DNA from: Andalucia godoyi And28
Taxonomy: Eukaryota > Protista > Jakobida
Reading direction: 5' to 3'
Assembly (NCBI GenBank): GCA_009859145.1
Contig: VRVR01000050.1
Location: 173,448-237,447 of the forward strand
DNA: 64,000 nucleotides
Below the pieces are notes generated by a model. The model did no database searches and was not told the DNA's origin. It saw nothing but the letters and a program-made list of their open reading frames with translations. The first letter of the stretch is position 1, and every line of letters starts with the position of its first letter. The position numbers were made by a program, and so were the translations under genes. Positions 31,625-41,295 of this stretch are shown piece by piece.

Positions 31625-33565
31625 ATGATAGTGGAAGCGACGTCGGAGGCCGCTCGTGCGCGCCTGAACGAGCTTTTTCTCCAGTGGCTTTCGCTCAGCG
31701 ACACCCAGAAGCTGGTTTCTGCGCTGTCGGAACATCTTCGAAATGGCGATCTATCGTCGTTTCTGACGTCACTCAAGAAACACGAAGATGACTCTCCATC
31801 TGCTCTGCTTCATCACATGGAATCATCATCATCATCATCGTCGTCGTCATCATCATCATCATCATCATCATCATCGTCGTCGTCGTCGTCGTTTAATTCT
31901 AATTCGAACATGGCACAGCCGCCGCCAAGATCGCCGAAACAGCCACTGGGAGGAGCTGTTTCTCCAGAACAGGCTCCTCAAAGGTCTCCATCGCTGCTTC
32001 CGTCATCGGCTGCTTCCGGAGCATATGAAAAGACACCGACAGCAACAGTAGCAGCCGACACGAGAGCCAGGATACCGGCGCTACCACTTTCCAATCGACC
32101 GCTTTCGCAAACTGAAATTGCCGCAGAGGAGAATGCGTTGAGGGACCTTGCGTCGAAGTTCCCGACTCCTGGTTCGTGGAACTCGCTGAATATTCGAGAC
32201 TTTTGCGCATTCGCCAAGGCAAATCTGCACCTCCCGTACTTCCTCTCGGCGGTCCTGTACGATTCCGTGGTCAGAAAGGGGAAGCTGGCGGAGTTCTACA
32301 AGACGAATCTGGCGAATGCGTCACCGAAATCACGAATCTACAGATGCCTTGTGCATGCAAAGGAGCTGTCGGATCGACCGTGGGTGGCAAAGTACTCTGC
32401 ATTGCTCCAGTCCGAAAAGCAAGGCCTGAAGCGAGCGGAAAAACCCGAGGATTTGCTGTTTTTCCAGGATTTTAATACGTTTTTAAAGTGCCTTGTCGCC
32501 TTACATCCGGCTCTGGCGTTCTTGGAGTCGACCCCGGAGTTCCAGGAGCGATATGTAGAGACGGTCCGCATGCGACTCTTTTTGGCGTACAATGCACGCG
32601 GAGGAGTCATCTCCGAGCGTGAATTCTTAGCTGCGTCGTCATCACAAAATAGCAAGCCGTTTTCCTCGCTTCTAGGTTCCAAGTCTGCAAATGCAAGCAA
32701 CAGCATCGGCAGCGGCAACATTGGCAACGGCGTATCGAAACAAAAGACCGGGCAGATCTCGGCGGATTTCCCAGCATGGGTTGAGCAACTCGATGACTCT
32801 ACCGATCTGTCTGCGATGACTCAGGTCTTTTCTTACGAGAATTTTTACGTGATTTACTGCAAGTTTTGGGAGTTGGATGCTGACCATGACCTGGTCATCT
32901 CAAGGGAGGAGCTCTCTCGGTATGCTGGCTATTCTTTGTCGAATAAGGCGATTGAGCAGGTCATGCGACAGATTCATCTTTTGCGATGCGCCCGCAATTT
33001 GGAGTCTAGAAAAAGCACTGGCATTCCCGGGATGCGGTCGACGAACAACTCGAGTCTACCGTGGGATGTCATGACGTACGATGACTTTGTGTGGTTTTGC
33101 ATCTGCGAAGAGGACAAGGCTGGCAGTGCTGCCGCGCTTGAATTTTGGTTCCGAGTGATTGACTTGGATGGGGATGGCATCGTGACAGCGTTTGAGATGG
33201 AGCACTTCTTTGGAGAGCAACGCAAACGGATGGAGGCATTGAGCCAAGAGGTCATTTCCTTTGACGACATTTATTGCCAGTTGCTGGACATGGTCAAACC
33301 GCGCGTTCAATCATCAATTACGCTGGCCGATCTGAAGCGGTCAGGCGTCCTGGCCCCTCTTTTTATCAACACCTTGACCAATCTGAACAAGTTTCTGGCG
33401 TGGGAGCAGCGCGATCCGTTCGCAGCTGCCGCTTCTCAGCAAGGCGACAGCGTGCCGCTCACCGAGTGGGATCGCTGGGCTCGAACCGAGTATGACCGAA
33501 TGTGCACGGATGCTGATCCTGGCGACCAGCAAGTAGACGATGTGTTGTCGTCCTGGGGGCAGTGA
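31625..33565 (+). CDS. PPP2R3: PP2A regulatory subunit B'' (PR72 family, EF-hand)
   Basis: LNELFLQWLS, HPALAFLESTPEFQERY, FSYENFYVIYCKFWELDADHD, EFWFRVIDLDGDG, WDRWARTEY. Confidence 0.92.
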   Translation: MIVEATSEAARARLNELFLQWLSLSDTQKLVSALSEHLRNGDLSSFLTSLKKHEDDSPSALLHHMESSSSSSSSSSSSSSSSSSSSSSSFNSNSNMAQPPPRSPKQPLGGAVSPEQAPQRSPSLLPSSAASGAYEKTPTATVAADTRARIPALPLSNRPLSQTEIAAEENALRDLASKFPTPGSWNSLNIRDFCAFAKANLHLPYFLSAVLYDSVVRKGKLAEFYKTNLANASPKSRIYRCLVHAKELSDRPWVAKYSALLQSEKQGLKRAEKPEDLLFFQDFNTFLKCLVALHPALAFLESTPEFQERYVETVRMRLFLAYNARGGVISEREFLAASSSQNSKPFSSLLGSKSANASNSIGSGNIGNGVSKQKTGQISADFPAWVEQLDDSTDLSAMTQVFSYENFYVIYCKFWELDADHDLVISREELSRYAGYSLSNKAIEQVMRQIHLLRCARNLESRKSTGIPGMRSTNNSSLPWDVMTYDDFVWFCICEEDKAGSAAALEFWFRVIDLDGDGIVTAFEMEHFFGEQRKRMEALSQEVISFDDIYCQLLDMVKPRVQSSITLADLKRSGVLAPLFINTLTNLNKFLAWEQRDPFAAAASQQGDSVPLTEWDRWARTEYDRMCTDADPGDQQVDDVLSSWGQ

Positions 33566-33858
33566 ATCGCATGTTGTGCATTGCGGAAAGGGGGGGTACT
33601 TTTCGTGTCAGAGGCAATTTGGCATTGGAAATGCACGCGCGAAACAGAGGCGGGAAAAGAAGAAGAAGAAGAAGAAGAAGAAGAAGAAGAAGAACGGCCG
33701 AGTCACCAATGTTTGTACAAGTTTTACAGTATACAGCGTAGCAGCATACATACCAGTATATATGTATATGTATATGTATATATATTTGTTTCCCAAAAGA
33801 ACGGGGCTTCAATACGGAACAGAGTCCAACGACAGAAGAAAAAGAATGGCACCTCGCA

Positions 33859-36800
33859 TCACAAGAACGGGATTCTCTCGGCCGTCCATTTTGAGACGAG
33901 CGAAAGCAGGTCGTTCTTCTTGCACGGTTTCAAGACAAGTGCGTTGAAATCGTCAAAGGATCCAGAGTGATCCGCAGAAAATTTAAGGACCTTGCAGCGT
34001 TCCACAGAAAGGTGAGAGAATTGGGGGTTCGAGGAAAGGTACGTCTGAATCACCGGGAAGATCTCGTTCTCAAGAGCACGAATGGTTTGAACAACCGCAG
34101 TGCCGCCCATCAACGGCATATTTTGGTCCAAAAGAACCACATCTGCGCCAAAGAAGCGCCGGAGAGCGCGGCTTACAGATAATTCATAGTCCAGTAAATC
34201 GGACTGGCTCCCTGAAGACGCAAGGCCGCTGTTGAGAAACGATTCGGCAGCGTCCTTCTTAACGTCTGGAGTGATCTTTGTGCGGAACTTGGACAGAGCG
34301 CTCCATTTTGGCACAGCAATGTCTTCACTGGATAATGAAGAAACGCTACGAAGTCTTGAAAGGAGTGTTTGCAACATCTGTTCGAGGGTCGATTCCAATT
34401 CAACACCCTGCGCATCGGGAAGAACGCCGCACTTGCCAAGAATGTACAGGTTGGCAGCCGCAGACTGTGCCATCCATATCAGGGCATCCCACCCATCGAC
34501 CATCTCGTGGCAGGAAAAGGAGTCGCGTTTCAGCAACTGAGCAGTGACACGCCTGCTTATGCGATCGTCATCAGCAAGCAGCACAACAGCATGTTCCCCA
34601 ACGGTCACTTGTGAAGAAGAAGAGGCCTCGGAAGTCACAGAGCTGTGGCTGAGAGGAAAGTAGGCATCATGTCCGGTCAAGTCTGGATCCGAGGTAAACG
34701 TGTTTTGCGGTGACGTCGTAGACGAAGGGACCGCGGAATCGCGCCGCAGACTAAATCGGACAAGTTTTTCCTTCCTCCCGCCAAAATCACCACCACCATC
34801 ACCATCACCATAAGCATCACTCGTTCTCGAATCGCTGTCTGAACTCGTTTGGCAGAGCATTTCTTCATTCGAAACAGACAGCTGGATGGATTCCACAGAC
34901 AGTCGCCGAGGTGACGGCTCCTGAGTGGCTACAGCTCTTTCCTGGCATATTCGGACCGCACGATACACATCGCATCGGCGGACCGGAACACTCAGACGAA
35001 CGATAGCCGCCTCTTGACTCGTACCCAACGTCGTTCCATTGATTGCCAATGGGTCATAGGTCGTTCGGATCCTTCTCGAAACCGGAAGGAGCACCATGCA
35101 CGTCAGCGGAGAATATCGGAACAATGCAGGCGACATTGTCCGCAAGAATCTGTAGGAAGCATCTGAAACAATCAAGAATGTCGGAGGACAGTACGCGGTG
35201 CCGTGTGCATACGGAGCGGCAGAATTACTAGAGGCAGAGGCAGAGGCAGCAGAAGCAGCCGCAGACGCGGAGGTAAAAGTGGATGTAGTCAAAAGCGACA
35301 AAGTAGGGGACGACGAATCGCACAACTGCTTCCACAGAGAGACGCACAGGTCAGTACTGCTTGAATTCAGCAGACCGGCACCGACGTTGTGCTTCAGCTT
35401 CTCTCGAGAAAAGACGAAACACTCCACTTGCGGAAGTCCCAAATCCGCAAGGTACTCCGCGGCGTTGCGTTCGAATTCAATTAGCGGTCCCAGTTCTGCT
35501 TCCGTCTCATCCAGAAGCATGAACGAGCGAGGAGCCTTCTCCAACAAAATATGAACAGGGTCCTCCATCTGTGTTGGGGAGAAGACAGTGTCGAATTCCG
35601 GGTTTTCGACCGAGTCAATGTTCACAAATACTCGGAATGTAGACCCGACGCCAAGCTTGGATTCAATCTCCATGTAGCCATCCATGAGCCTTACGAGCGA
35701 GTTGCAGATGAACAGCCCCAGGCCGGAGCCAGCAGTGCGACTATCATGTTGGGCCTGGGTCGATGAGAACTGCGCCCACTTCTGGAAGCTATGCATTTCA
35801 TCCAGCCGATTCTGCGGAATTCCTATTCCGGTGTCAATGACCTCAATCACGATTTCATACTGTGTAGAGGTCTGGCTGTTCATTCCCGTGCGCGGCACCG
35901 CACGAGCAGCACAGCGGACGGAAATAGACCCATTCCGCTTTGTAAATTTGATGGCATTGGACAGCAGATTCCACACAATCTGCTTGACACGGATCGGGTC
36001 GCCACGAAGAACTTGCGGACACGAACGGGAAACAAACGACGTAATCGATACTGAATGCTCGAGGGCGTTGCTCTTGAGCATATCGACCGCGTCTTCAATT
36101 ACATTGCACAACTCAAAGTCCACGTGGGAAAGGGACAGATTGCCGGCTTCCAACTTGCCTCGATCCAGCAGATCATTGATGAGAACAAATAAGATGTTGG
36201 AGGATTTCAAGATCGTTTCCACTAGTTCGACATGGTCTGGATCCATCTTTTCCGCGTCGTGAACAAGCAATTCCGAAGACGCAATCACAGCCCAAAGCGG
36301 AGTTCGAAGTTCATGCGTCAAGGAGTGCACAAGATCACGCATAGCAGCCGACTTTGCCTTTTCGAACGCAATTTCGCGAGAGGCACGTTCGGCCTCCAGC
36401 AACATTGTTTGGTCTCGAACTGCCGTGAGAGACACAATCCTCTGCTGAAACCCCTTATCGATTCGAGCTGCATCCATTGTGTCGGGAGGACACAAGTATG
36501 GAATCTCACGTGATACAGACATCGCCACGAACCTTCGAGCAGAAGACTCGCCACCAGTTTGCGACGGGAATGCCGTGCAGTCTACTCGCAGCTCAACAGG
36601 CTCTGTCACGATCTCTCTTGACGAACGCACATCCCCTTTCTGCAGACGCACGTCATCATTGCTGCGGGACGATTCAGGGTCCAAACATTCCAGGTCGTTT
36701 CCGGCATGCTGCGTGCCGTTTGGAGACTCGAGGGTTGAGGACTTCGAACCGGGCTGTTCACGAGACGCGTCCAGCATGGACTCGAGGAGGGAAGAAAAGT

Positions 36801-37641
36801 CTGCGCTTTCCACGACGCCTTCCGAGGGAGAATCGCCTGCGCCTTTTGAAATCAGCGGTGACAAGTACTTGTTGATCGGGCAACCTTCTACATCTTCTCT
36901 GCGGACGTTGAACGTCCGAAGAAATGTGTCGTTCACACGGATGATCCGTCCCTCGAAATGCACAACCAAGGGATCCACGGACGCTTGGAACAGCGCATCA
37001 AAGTTCGATTTCTCTCGTAGCAACTGCTGTCTCTCCACGTACCGTAGACCAGAAAACCCAGTCAAGACGAGGGCAATGAGAAGAAGCAAGAACATCAGCG
37101 AGAGGGACGATTGGAAAAGCATCACGTTCGTCGCATAGAAGATAATGACTTCGAGTAAAATGATGGAAAATGTGCACCACAAACCTCTGCTTCCAAACAA
37201 GAAAGCACTCATGATCAATGGGAAAACAAATGTTCTGCTAACCTGCTCTTCTTCTCGCCTTCTCCAATAGTCGGAGGGGTAGTCGTTGTCCTGGGCATAC
37301 AAGGAAATGACAAACGAGGTAGGAATAAAGATCACGGACAGGACCCACAGGTACTCGGACGGCAGCACGTATCCCAGCTTCGAGATGAAAAACACGACAA
37401 CGTTGAGAACCGAAAACGCTGCGTACAACAAAACGGGGAGCAGACAACAGGAGAACCCGGCGGCCAGAATTCCGATCGCAACGAAGAGGATCGAAACGGT
37501 CATAACGGTCCGGCACTTCCGCCGAAGAAATGCATCATCCACATGCGACGCAGGTCTTGTTAGCCATTCAAAGAACTGAAAGGTTCTCCACAGAACAACA
37601 TGGCGACAACATCCCGCATCCGGCCAAGGTTTTGGTTTCAT
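33859..37641 (-). CDS. Membrane-bound hybrid histidine kinase (TM region, PAS-like, HisKA, HATPase, receiver); 5' end uncertain
   Basis: THELRTP (H box), NLLSNAIKFT (N), DTGIGI (G1), GSGLGL (G2); receiver LLADDD...VLLDQNMP...KP; several N-terminal TM helices. Confidence 0.9.
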   Translation of the reverse strand: MKPKPWPDAGCCRHVVLWRTFQFFEWLTRPASHVDDAFLRRKCRTVMTVSILFVAIGILAAGFSCCLLPVLLYAAFSVLNVVVFFISKLGYVLPSEYLWVLSVIFIPTSFVISLYAQDNDYPSDYWRRREEEQVSRTFVFPLIMSAFLFGSRGLWCTFSIILLEVIIFYATNVMLFQSSLSLMFLLLLIALVLTGFSGLRYVERQQLLREKSNFDALFQASVDPLVVHFEGRIIRVNDTFLRTFNVRREDVEGCPINKYLSPLISKGAGDSPSEGVVESADFSSLLESMLDASREQPGSKSSTLESPNGTQHAGNDLECLDPESSRSNDDVRLQKGDVRSSREIVTEPVELRVDCTAFPSQTGGESSARRFVAMSVSREIPYLCPPDTMDAARIDKGFQQRIVSLTAVRDQTMLLEAERASREIAFEKAKSAAMRDLVHSLTHELRTPLWAVIASSELLVHDAEKMDPDHVELVETILKSSNILFVLINDLLDRGKLEAGNLSLSHVDFELCNVIEDAVDMLKSNALEHSVSITSFVSRSCPQVLRGDPIRVKQIVWNLLSNAIKFTKRNGSISVRCAARAVPRTGMNSQTSTQYEIVIEVIDTGIGIPQNRLDEMHSFQKWAQFSSTQAQHDSRTAGSGLGLFICNSLVRLMDGYMEIESKLGVGSTFRVFVNIDSVENPEFDTVFSPTQMEDPVHILLEKAPRSFMLLDETEAELGPLIEFERNAAEYLADLGLPQVECFVFSREKLKHNVGAGLLNSSSTDLCVSLWKQLCDSSSPTLSLLTTSTFTSASAAASAASASASSNSAAPYAHGTAYCPPTFLIVSDASYRFLRTMSPALFRYSPLTCMVLLPVSRRIRTTYDPLAINGTTLGTSQEAAIVRLSVPVRRCDVYRAVRICQERAVATQEPSPRRLSVESIQLSVSNEEMLCQTSSDSDSRTSDAYGDGDGGGDFGGRKEKLVRFSLRRDSAVPSSTTSPQNTFTSDPDLTGHDAYFPLSHSSVTSEASSSSQVTVGEHAVVLLADDDRISRRVTAQLLKRDSFSCHEMVDGWDALIWMAQSAAANLYILGKCGVLPDAQGVELESTLEQMLQTLLSRLRSVSSLSSEDIAVPKWSALSKFRTKITPDVKKDAAESFLNSGLASSGSQSDLLDYELSVSRALRRFFGADVVLLDQNMPLMGGTAVVQTIRALENEIFPVIQTYLSSNPQFSHLSVERCKVLKFSADHSGSFDDFNALVLKPCKKNDLLSLVSKWTAERIPFL

Positions 37642-38431
37642 CCTACACGGAAACCACACGCTTACACACACCAAGAAACAGGCTTCTTTTTTTTATAGAA
37701 TAGGGAAGGGCTTTGGGTCTTTGACTTGGAGAATTCCGTACATTAAATCATGAACGAGATGCAAACGCCAGACCAATAGAAAACAAAACGAACCCTAAAA
37801 CCGAGAATTTGCAGCGCAATAAGGGAAAGAAACACACAACTTGGGGGGTTCCTCCTATATATCGAGCGAGAATGACGTATGTACTTGCCTGAGGATGGGC
37901 GACAAAAGGGGAGAGTCGTGGGTGAGAGAGGCTTATCCTTGAGAGAAGACGGGCAAAGGAACAGGCACGAAGGGTATCTTTCGATTGGCCGAGTGAGCGA
38001 CGGGACTGCTCTCCACAGCATTTTTTTCCTGGAAAGCAGGGAAAGGTTCTGCAAGTTGATCCTGTTCTGCCTGCACAGCATTTCGTGGACTTGCCATGCA
38101 AGGCACGGAGTGTCGACGTAAACGGATTTGCTGCGACGTCTCTATTTATGGGAACTTCCATAACTTGACAGATGCAAGCAAAATCTTCAGCCAACCTCCG
38201 CCGTAGAAGTGCTGTCAAAGCTGCTGCTTCCAGACACGTTGCGACAAAGGCTTGAAACATCGTGACATGACCACCAGCTGCCTCCGCTTGACGTCACTTC
38301 GTGCAGCGTACCAGGGTGGATGCATCCTGCGTTCTCCGAGTTTCTATAAAATGGAGGGTTGCGCGGGGAAGACTTCGGCAAGAACGGAGCGGTACGGGGG
38401 GGTCTGTTTGGCGGCGAAACGCTATTTAACG

Positions 38432-39277
38432 TCAAAAGAGGGGCACCTCGTGTCCTGCTGTTGTTGTCCTTGCTCTGGCTGCTGGTGTTTCGCCCACGAA
38501 TGGGGCACTCCTTCTTCTACTTTTTTCGACGCAGTTTCGCCATTGTAACTGTGTGTCCAGAGCTCGCAGAATGTGACCGCTTTGCATCCACCGCGCCCTC
38601 TTGCACTGGAAGCTGCGGACGCTGAAAGAAGGAAAGAAGCTGGAGAAGGCTTCTTCTTCTTTCTTCGTCTTCCTACTCCACCCATTCCCCCGTAATCCCC
38701 GGCGTCCACCGCGCACGCGCACAGTTTCGTGGCTGGAGAGACGGAGAGCTTGGGTGGGTTGGTTGGCACTGGAGGTCGCATTGAGAGCGGCCAGCGAGAT
38801 TTGGGATCTCGGAGATAAGTCCTCCAAGATGAATCTTTCTCCTAAACCAGATGAGAAACCGGAAATGCCTCTATTCGAGTTTCGCTTGTGCGATGGAACA
38901 CAAAACCCCCATCGCATCCCCGTGATGGACAAGTTGATTTCCTGTGCCGCTCCCTTGGGCACCGCTGTGGCTTTTTTTTGGTGGCAGTGCTTCCGCCAAA
39001 GTCCAAACGGGCGATGACAGGCTGTGCACTCGAACTTCCGACCGGACTTCAATGCTTCGACAAAAGCCCGGGGACAGATCCGCCATCCGTACCAAAAAAG
39101 AAACTTGACCGTGTGAGCTGACTGCACTCTGCGTCGCAGCACAGCCTCAGAAAAAACCGGGTCTCGCTGCACTCCAAGACTGCTTTTCCCTTCTCGTCTC
39201 TGTTGACCGGAGAGGTCTCCTCCCAGCCAAGAGAACGATCCATGTAGTCTCTCTCCTTCTCGCGCACCCGTTGTCAT
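38432..39277 (-). CDS. Uncharacterised ORF with a CxxC/His-rich motif; may be a decayed gene
   Basis: 281 codons from ATG 39277; FECTACHRPFGLWRKHCH is loosely FYVE-like. Overlapping frames look equally plausible downstream. Confidence 0.25.
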   Translation of the reverse strand: MTTGAREGERLHGSFSWLGGDLSGQQRREGKSSLGVQRDPVFSEAVLRRRVQSAHTVKFLFWYGWRICPRAFVEALKSGRKFECTACHRPFGLWRKHCHQKKATAVPKGAAQEINLSITGMRWGFCVPSHKRNSNRGISGFSSGLGERFILEDLSPRSQISLAALNATSSANQPTQALRLSSHETVRVRGGRRGLRGNGWSRKTKKEEEAFSSFFPSFSVRSFQCKRARWMQSGHILRALDTQLQWRNCVEKSRRRSAPFVGETPAARARTTTAGHEVPLF

Positions 39278-39480
39278 AGTCGCATTCCGCGTTGTGCGAC
39301 TGTCTGCGTGCAAAGCGGAAATAAACAAACAGTAACAGTAATTAAACATCCCCTCCTTTATTCTGTTTTTTCGCTTTCACAATCCCATGAGCACCCGAGC
39401 AGCGTGGTCAAGAACCCGTCTAATTAACCCCTGAAGTGACAATCCGAGATTGTGTATACATATATGTATATATCCGATTC

Positions 39481-39708
39481 AAATTTCATTGTCAAAACCC
39501 CAATATACTCGACCGGGCAACACAACGGTGCACACTCTGGAACCGCAAAGACCCGGGAAACGGGGGGTGGGTGCACACCAGCTCTTCAGAGAAGGGCTGT
39601 CGGTGCTCAGTGGAAGACGCTGAGCGCAGCGTCCGTGCGTTCCTGCAACCACGGACCTGTGACCCACTTCGGAAACGTCAAAAGAGTCAGTGTTTTGGCC
39701 GGCTGTAA
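39481..39708 (+). mobile_element. Decayed Fanzor/TnpB 3' end plus omegaRNA-like region, relic C5
   Basis: KFHCQNPNILDR, then a 1-nt shift to HNGA; K and GC fall at the same offsets (+9, +16/17) as in relic C1. Hairpins CCCG/CGGG, GGTG/CACC, CAGCTCTTC/GAAGGGCTG and GACGCTG/CAGCGTC. Ends in CAGTGT-N11-GTAA (39688-39708). Confidence 0.6.
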
Positions 39709-39801
39709 AAAAACAAAAAGAACAAAAAGCTTATGTTCGCTGTGTCACCTGTCAGTCCGAGTCATTGAAATGGCAAGCAGTGACATTTTATATTTCTGTT
39801 T

Positions 39802-40977
39802 ATGATAACGACGGGATACGTTGGGAGCAATTGCAGAGCAAGTACGGAGTGCCCACACATAGATAGATCGTACTGTGAAATGCTGGCGGTTGCATCGGAT
39901 GGAACGCGGGAGCGATCGGCGTCTCTTCGGCCCACGAATACGCAGGCGTGGATAACGATGCAGACGAACACGTTTTCTCGACGGGCAATGTCTGTGATGG
40001 CGTCTGCTCGATCGTCTACAGCCGATGGGGGTGGGTGTGAGGTTCGGTTTGATTTGCTTGCGAAGGATTCAGCGGCGGAGTCCTCTGAAATAGCATCGCA
40101 GCTTTACAGCCTGATTTACGCTGTGGGAGTTCGCGGCAATGCGGCATTCAGGCTCGTGGGCTGGCACAAGTCTCCAAAGTCGCATATGCAGCTCGTTGAG
40201 AATTTGAATATTGCAATGGGCGCCGTGAACGACTTTGCGAAGACGCTGGGAGCCAACGTGACGTTTTCGGCTCCGAATGTCTTAGAAAAGGACACGAAGC
40301 TCAATCTTGGCATGCTGTGGGTTCTGATTCGCAAGTACGGAAACTTGAACGATCGGGAGTTGCTAGAATGGTGCAGGACATCGTGCGGCCTGGACAGCGT
40401 AACGGATTTTGGCAAGTCTTGGAAAGACGGTAAAAACTTTGCGGCGATGATTGCGGTTCACGATCCGTCCGCACGGGAAGTGCTGGATGAGAAGGTTCGT
40501 GTGGCAGCTGACTCGATAGCCTCGTTGACCACCGTGCTTGATTTTGCACAGGAGAGGTATCACGTCCCCAAGCTGTTGGATCCAGACGAGATGCGAGCCA
40601 GTGACATGGTTGATGACAAGTCTATCATGACCTACATCTCTGCGTTGCGCGATGGACTAAAGAAGCATGTTAGCGGTCGTCTCATCGAGGTTCTTGGGGA
40701 CACAGCGCTCGATCGTGCAGCACTGCTGGCCAACATACGCGACTTTGATGCGTATCGATCGTGGACGAGCCAAAGGATCTTTGGTGCGGTGGATCGCGAG
40801 GAGTGCCAAGAGATTCTCGAGAACTACATGTCGTCAGTTGTTCGACGAGAAGCATTGGAATTCGCGTTCAAACTTGGGCCTGCGTTTTCAGAGGTCCGAA
40901 GCCGAATTATTGCCGACGAAGACTCGTGGATTATGCATCTTTCCGTGTTCGGAGACGGGATGAAGGCGGCGGTGTAA
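39802..40977 (+). CDS. Tandem calponin-homology (actinin-type actin-binding) domain protein
   Basis: KLNLGMLWVLIRKY, ELLEWC, DFGKSWKDGKNFAAMI, VPKLLDPDEM, DDKSIMTYIS. Start could be 39802, 39880 or 39958. Confidence 0.82.
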   Translation: MITTGYVGSNCRASTECPHIDRSYCEMLAVASDGTRERSASLRPTNTQAWITMQTNTFSRRAMSVMASARSSTADGGGCEVRFDLLAKDSAAESSEIASQLYSLIYAVGVRGNAAFRLVGWHKSPKSHMQLVENLNIAMGAVNDFAKTLGANVTFSAPNVLEKDTKLNLGMLWVLIRKYGNLNDRELLEWCRTSCGLDSVTDFGKSWKDGKNFAAMIAVHDPSAREVLDEKVRVAADSIASLTTVLDFAQERYHVPKLLDPDEMRASDMVDDKSIMTYISALRDGLKKHVSGRLIEVLGDTALDRAALLANIRDFDAYRSWTSQRIFGAVDREECQEILENYMSSVVRREALEFAFKLGPAFSEVRSRIIADEDSWIMHLSVFGDGMKAAV

Positions 40978-41129
40978 GCTATCTAGGTTGCAGGCTCTTC
41001 ATAATGTACATTCTTCCCTTGCCTAACAAGACGACGAATTATTGTTATGTTTTCTTCGTTTTTTCTCTCCCCGGTTCTTTATTTGAGAAGGAAAAAAAAA
41101 TTCGCCCTTCCACCCTACGGAATTGAATC

Positions 41130-41247
41130 CTAAACGTAGGGATTCTCCTCTTCCACGGGGGATGCATTCTTGGTGGACGATCCTGCAGGCAGGAATTCTT
41201 CGTACGGATTATGAGACGCCGATTTGGGGGCAGCAGCAGCAGCAACA

Positions 41248-41295
<48 letters not shown>

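Noticed and set aside
38123-38149. INRDVAANP as another Fanzor RuvC-III
   Set aside because: Spacing is wrong for DRDxNAAxNI, and no scaffold or end motif follows.
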